Of a stretch of DNA of 64,000 nucleotides, positions 55,431 to 64,000 are shown in pieces (positions within the stretch are counted from its first letter, which is position 1; every line of letters begins with the position of its first letter). This stretch comes from Eledone cirrhosa. Taxonomy: Eukaryota. The notes under the pieces were generated by a model, which was given only the letters and a program-made list of their open reading frames with translations, did no database searches and had not been told where the DNA came from. Position numbers and translations under genes: made by a program. The stretch is taken from the NCBI GenBank assembly GCA_964016885.1, contig OZ024741.1, positions 208,072,001 through 208,136,000 of the forward strand, read 5' to 3'.

Positions 55431-56860
55431 AATTTTAGTACAGCATTGACGAAGCTTTAGTATACGGCCAAGCTAGCGTATATGCATAATCGGTCTGTAG
55501 CTTTAGCATTCGGATGAGGTCAGACCCCAAAGTAATAACATTACGTTCAGACAGCTTAGCAAATCAGATATAGCGGTCGGCAGTCCAGCAGCGTTACCAG
55601 AGCAACGAAAATACAGGACCCAGGAAAAGATGTTATACTGACCCGGAGATAGCGGTGAGGCTGAGTGTAAAATATATAACTTACATCGTATATCCACAAT
55701 ATAGATCACAATATCACATCCAACATCAGCGCTAAGTTTCTGCAAATCCAAGATCGACAAATTCCCATTGAAGGAGTCTGCAATATAATGGTTTTTGACG
55801 ACAGAACATAGGATTTACTTCTTCAGCAAGTCTTTTGTTCTTAGCCAAAGCGGATATGTTGTTACTTTAAAAGTCGCCACAGACACGTGGTTTTCTCCAA
55901 GGGAGGTAACCCCCGCTTAGGCGGTGTATTCTAATTTGAGGTAAAGGAATGAATATCTTTAGACAAACCGAATAAAGCACTCGACTAGAAGTTATCAAAC
56001 AAACTTAAAAAATTAATCAATCAATAGAATCATCTAATTAAATTAATCACTTAATCGTTAATTCTATATATATATATCTTCTTTCTTCTTCTTCTTCTTG
56101 GGAGGGTCGTGGGGCAGAGTCCTCGTACACCCCTTCCAGCGGATATGTCAGAAGCAACCCTCTGTGATATATCCTGCTGAATCCCCAAGCGAGGATGCTC
56201 CTCTCCAAAGTGAGTGAGTGAGTGAGAGAGAGAGGGAGAGAGAGAAAGAGAGAGAATGTGTGTGTTTGTATATATATGTAGACAGAGAGGGGGGTTGAGC
56301 TAGTTGAGGTACATAGAAAAATAGTTTGGTACGTACATACGTACGTAAGATGACAGATAGGTAGATAGGTAGGTGTCTATGTAGGAAGGTAGGTAAGTAG
56401 GTAGGTTGGTAGGTAAGTAGGTAAGTAGGTAGGTAAGTAGGTTGGTAGGTAGGTAACAGGGTAGGAAGGGAGGCAGATCATTAAGTAGATAGGTAGGTGG
56501 GTAGACACAAAAACCTGTGCGCAAAGTCAATGGGAATAATATAGATGAGTGGCCGGAGAATATAAAGGTGTAAGAATAATTGGATTAAGACTACCTTAAA
56601 CAAGAAGAATATGATGTCATACTTGAAGCAAACATGTTAATAATTACTGACGAGAGGCACAAATAAACCCAGTCATACTGAACTTGTATGTATGTGTGTA
56701 TGTATATATGGGTGGAGACATGGAAATACTTGGTTTGGTGCCCGGGCTCTGGTTAGCCTACCAGGAGTGAGAGACCTGTAGTTCTTGTTAAGCCATCATT
56801 CTCGGAGAAGAAGAACCCCAATGATGTTGACCAGTTCTTGTTGTTGGATACCTGTCACTG

Positions 56861-57235
56861 TTATTCAGAGAATGGGATTGGTCCAGTGCAAGGCCTTTCC
56901 CTCACTTAAAAAAGCTTCAAGCACAGACATCATTTGATCGAAACGATTTTAGCGTGTGTTGCGTGAGCATAGCCTTTTTATCTTTCACAGCAACATATGC
57001 AAAACAGTCGTCATTGGAAGTGCTACAATTTATGTTTGTTGTCACCAATGTATGAAAAATGGCAAAGACATGATAAATGTTGAAACTTAGATGAACCCAT
57101 TGTATGTTTGTATGCAATGATGTAGACAAGTTCTACTTTTTGGCCACATGCATACGATGTTCAGAGAATGGGATTGACCCCATGCAAAGCCTTTCCTCAC
57201 TTAAAAAAGCTTCAAGCTCAGGCATCGTTTGATAC
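56861..57235. repeat. ~75 bp imperfect direct repeats about 298 bp apart
   Basis: TTCAGAGAATGGGATTG...CTCACTTAAAAAAGCTTCAAGC occurs twice. Confidence 0.7.
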
Positions 57236-57372
57236 GTGACATTTTTTGCGATGCATGGTATTGCTGACCATAGGCAGGTCCCTAACAGGGCCAAAACACC
57301 ACGTCCGTGATGTTCATACTGAAATATTAAGCGATGACATTACACGCAATCGAGTTGCAGCCATCATCATCA

Positions 57373-57456
<84 letters not shown>

Positions 57457-58181
57457 AAATATGAGAATAAACGTGCTGCGTGGTTGCGAATGGGTTACAT
57501 ATGAATAAAGTTAGTCCTTCATCAGTGATCTTCCAACCATCATTGGTATTTCATCGCTTTAAAGACCATATACTTCCGGTTAGTGCGAGCAACGGCTAAA
57601 ATAAGTCGTTGGGACACGTAAATAAAGGGGACACGAGAGTGTAAACAAACAAAGATGGTAAAGCAACGAAAAGTGAGGAAGAACGACTCAAGTCCCAAAT
57701 TTCCATGAATATAAGTTCGGTGAAATCGTGATCGAGAGAGAATAAAGACCATCAAACCTGGTTGGGATGTGAGCAAGGAAGGAATTCCGTACAGGTCTAA
57801 CGGGAGGAAGAAGGAATCTAGTCTGTGAATTCGGTGAACATAAGTTCTGTGAAATCGTAGATGAGAGAGAGAAAAAAGGCGAACCAGCCTGACCAAGCGT
57901 GCGAAAGAAAAGAATTACGCACAGGTCAAACGGGAAGAAGAAGGAGGAGGAGGAGAGGTAGTAACAGAGAGTGAGTGAGTGAAGGGTGAGAAAGAGGCGA
58001 ACAGAGATATATATGTGTGTGTGTGTGTGCGTGTGTGTGCATGTATGTGTGTATATGTATGTATATGTATATATGTATATGTATGTATGTATATGTATAT
58101 ATATATATATGCGCGTGTGTGTATGTATCTATATGTATGTATACATATATATATATGTGTGTGTATATACATATATACATA

Positions 58182-58309
<128 letters not shown>

Positions 58310-58317
58310 CTTATGTG

Positions 58318-58575
58318 CAGGCCGGTGTCTAAGTCGTTAAAGTATTCGGCTCACGATCGGCCCCAGTTCACTCAGCAGGCAAAAATTAGTTGTACCTGTA
58401 ATTCTAAGGGCTAACCATGTCGCAGTTTGTGTGATGCCGATCTCCCTAAGAAATACGTTATGGGTACGCGTGTCTGTGGGAATGCTCACCCACTTTCACA
58501 TTAATTTCATGAGCAGGCTGTCTCATTCATCGTATCAACTGGAAAACACGTCACTGTAACCGACGGAATGCCAGT
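58318..58575 (+). mobile_element. Internally deleted tRNA-SINE
   Basis: A-box-like start, CCCAGTTCACTCAGC central motif, 3' GAGCAGGCTGT...ACCGACGGAATGCC. Confidence 0.5.
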
Positions 58576-58962
58576 TTATGCATGATAAACATTTTTCACT
58601 GAAAACAGAAGTAGCCACTGTCGAATAGTAAATACACAATACACGAAATATCTAGGGTGGATGTGCTTTGTTTTTTGTTTCTTATTCCAAATAATAAGCA
58701 TTCATGTAGCTGCTACTGTAGAAAAGGGCTTTAACATGCAACAGGAAAGTTACTGTGATAAATATCTCTTGGTAAAAATAGAAATAACTCTTGTCATTAC
58801 GTATAGTTTATTTTCTATTCACCCGTCAATGTCGACTACTGTTTCTCTCCAACAGATTTTTATCATGGCATGTCTCCTTTAATAAGTTAAACCCTTTTTT
58901 CTACATTTGTACACTAACGGCGCCGTGAAGATCCTTCATAATACACACACATACACACATAC

Positions 58963-62731
<3,769 letters not shown>

Positions 62732-63094
62732 GGGATAACAAGTTATAGTTGTAGGTAATCCACTTAGAGGTAGTCCAGTTAGAGTATTCCGTGTTGTGGA
62801 TGGTTTTAACGTATGGCTTAGTTTGACTCAACAAGACGCTTCCATAGTGATGCAGCGAGTTCGCGGTGATTTCTATGTAGGTTATACTTGAGTAATAATA
62901 ATTCAAGAAATAAGAGTCACATGGTTGGCTGTTCAATAAGGTCTTTATTCACAGTGCTGACAATTGTTTCGTTGATCTGGTCGGTCTAGAGCTAGCTAAT
63001 CGCTTGGTGTTGCATCAATCGATCTCCAATACTTTGTTTACAACCAGTCAATACACCAGAGTACGTGGATATGAGGATGATATTCATGGCATGG

Positions 63095-63133
<39 letters not shown>

Positions 63134-63234
63134 CACCCCAAACACTAAATTGGGATTATACTTACGTATATCCTAATGTTTGTTGAGTGGGATGGTTACC
63201 AGTCGGAGTTTAGCTTAAAGCTTTCTCTGTTATT

Positions 63235-63738
63235 GTATTAAATATTTTACTCTTGATTTGGCCAGAGATTTATATTTCCAGATGCCTTATAAACGTAACT
63301 TTCCGTATTTATTACTGTTATGAGATATTGTTTGTTATTTAGGTATCACTTCTCTGTTTTTAGCCTAAGAAAATATCTATATGCGTGTGTAATTAATACA
63401 TGCATACATTTATTTTTTAAAAATTAATTGAGTTCTTAACACGCAGGATTGATAATGTTTTTGAAAAAACTAATTAACCCACGTGTATTAAATATTTTAC
63501 TCTTAATTTGGCCAGAGATTTATATTTCCAGATTCCTTTTAAACGTAACTTTCCGTATTTATTACTGTTATGAGATATTGTTTGTTATTTAGGTATCACT
63601 TCTCTGTTTTTAGCCTAAGAAAATATCTATATGCGTGTGTAATTAATACATGTATACATTTATTTTTTAAAAATTAATTGAGTTCTTTACACGCAGGATT
63701 GATAATGTTTTTGAAAAAACTAATTAACCCACGTGTAT
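63235..63738. repeat. 250 bp tandem duplication
   Basis: 63235-63484 nearly identical to 63485-63734. Confidence 0.9.
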
Positions 63739-64000
63739 ATTATTTTACTTTTCCTGTGACTCGCGATTGTCTCCCTTTTTCCGCTTCGTGACGCTATGAT
63801 ATTTCCTCAGTCTAAAGACTGCTGGAATTTCAAATTTGGCGGTCATTCGATGCGTGAAGGGATGACTTAGCGGACACGAAAAATAACTGCTGTAAGAAAA
63901 TGTTTTCTTATATCAAAGTTTAATGGGCATCTACTGATGATTTATAAGTGCCCACCTACATATATTCTTACAGGAAAATATGTTAGGCTTATACATAAAC

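Noticed and set aside
63930-63950. CTGATGA as a hammerhead
   Set aside because: No stem II-GAAA-stem III arrangement follows

Overview
Repeat-saturated eukaryotic (animal) DNA, probably intronic or intergenic. The tRNA-SINE types and (TA)n/(CA)n density suggest an octopod cephalopod, which is inference. No host protein-coding gene is supported, and most listed ORFs are microsatellite artefacts or antisense shadows. Recognisable content: two decayed L1/Tx1-type LINEs; RTE, R4/Dong, CRE and probable R2-Hero fragments; tRNA-SINEs; Helentron-like non-autonomous elements; a pogo/Tigger-like MITE; two large adjacent minisatellites. The dominant content is Penelope-like elements (PLEs: one Neptune-like, one unassigned, five Hydra-clade-like) and their solo or inverted pseudo-LTRs inserted in (TA)n. 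By eye these carry about 20 type I hammerhead (HHR) motifs. Most notable observations: (i) a TACTC...GAGTRC hairpin, with covariation, in the terminal tail of at least 9 otherwise dissimilar PLE ends; (ii) tiny fold-back elements made of two head-to-head HHRs; (iii) HHR core variants repeated across copies (U3-A8 and U4A); (iv) an HDV-like ribozyme fold with a hairpin inserted in L3 at the exact 5' end of an RTE. All RNA structures were folded by hand and none is experimentally or computationally verified.
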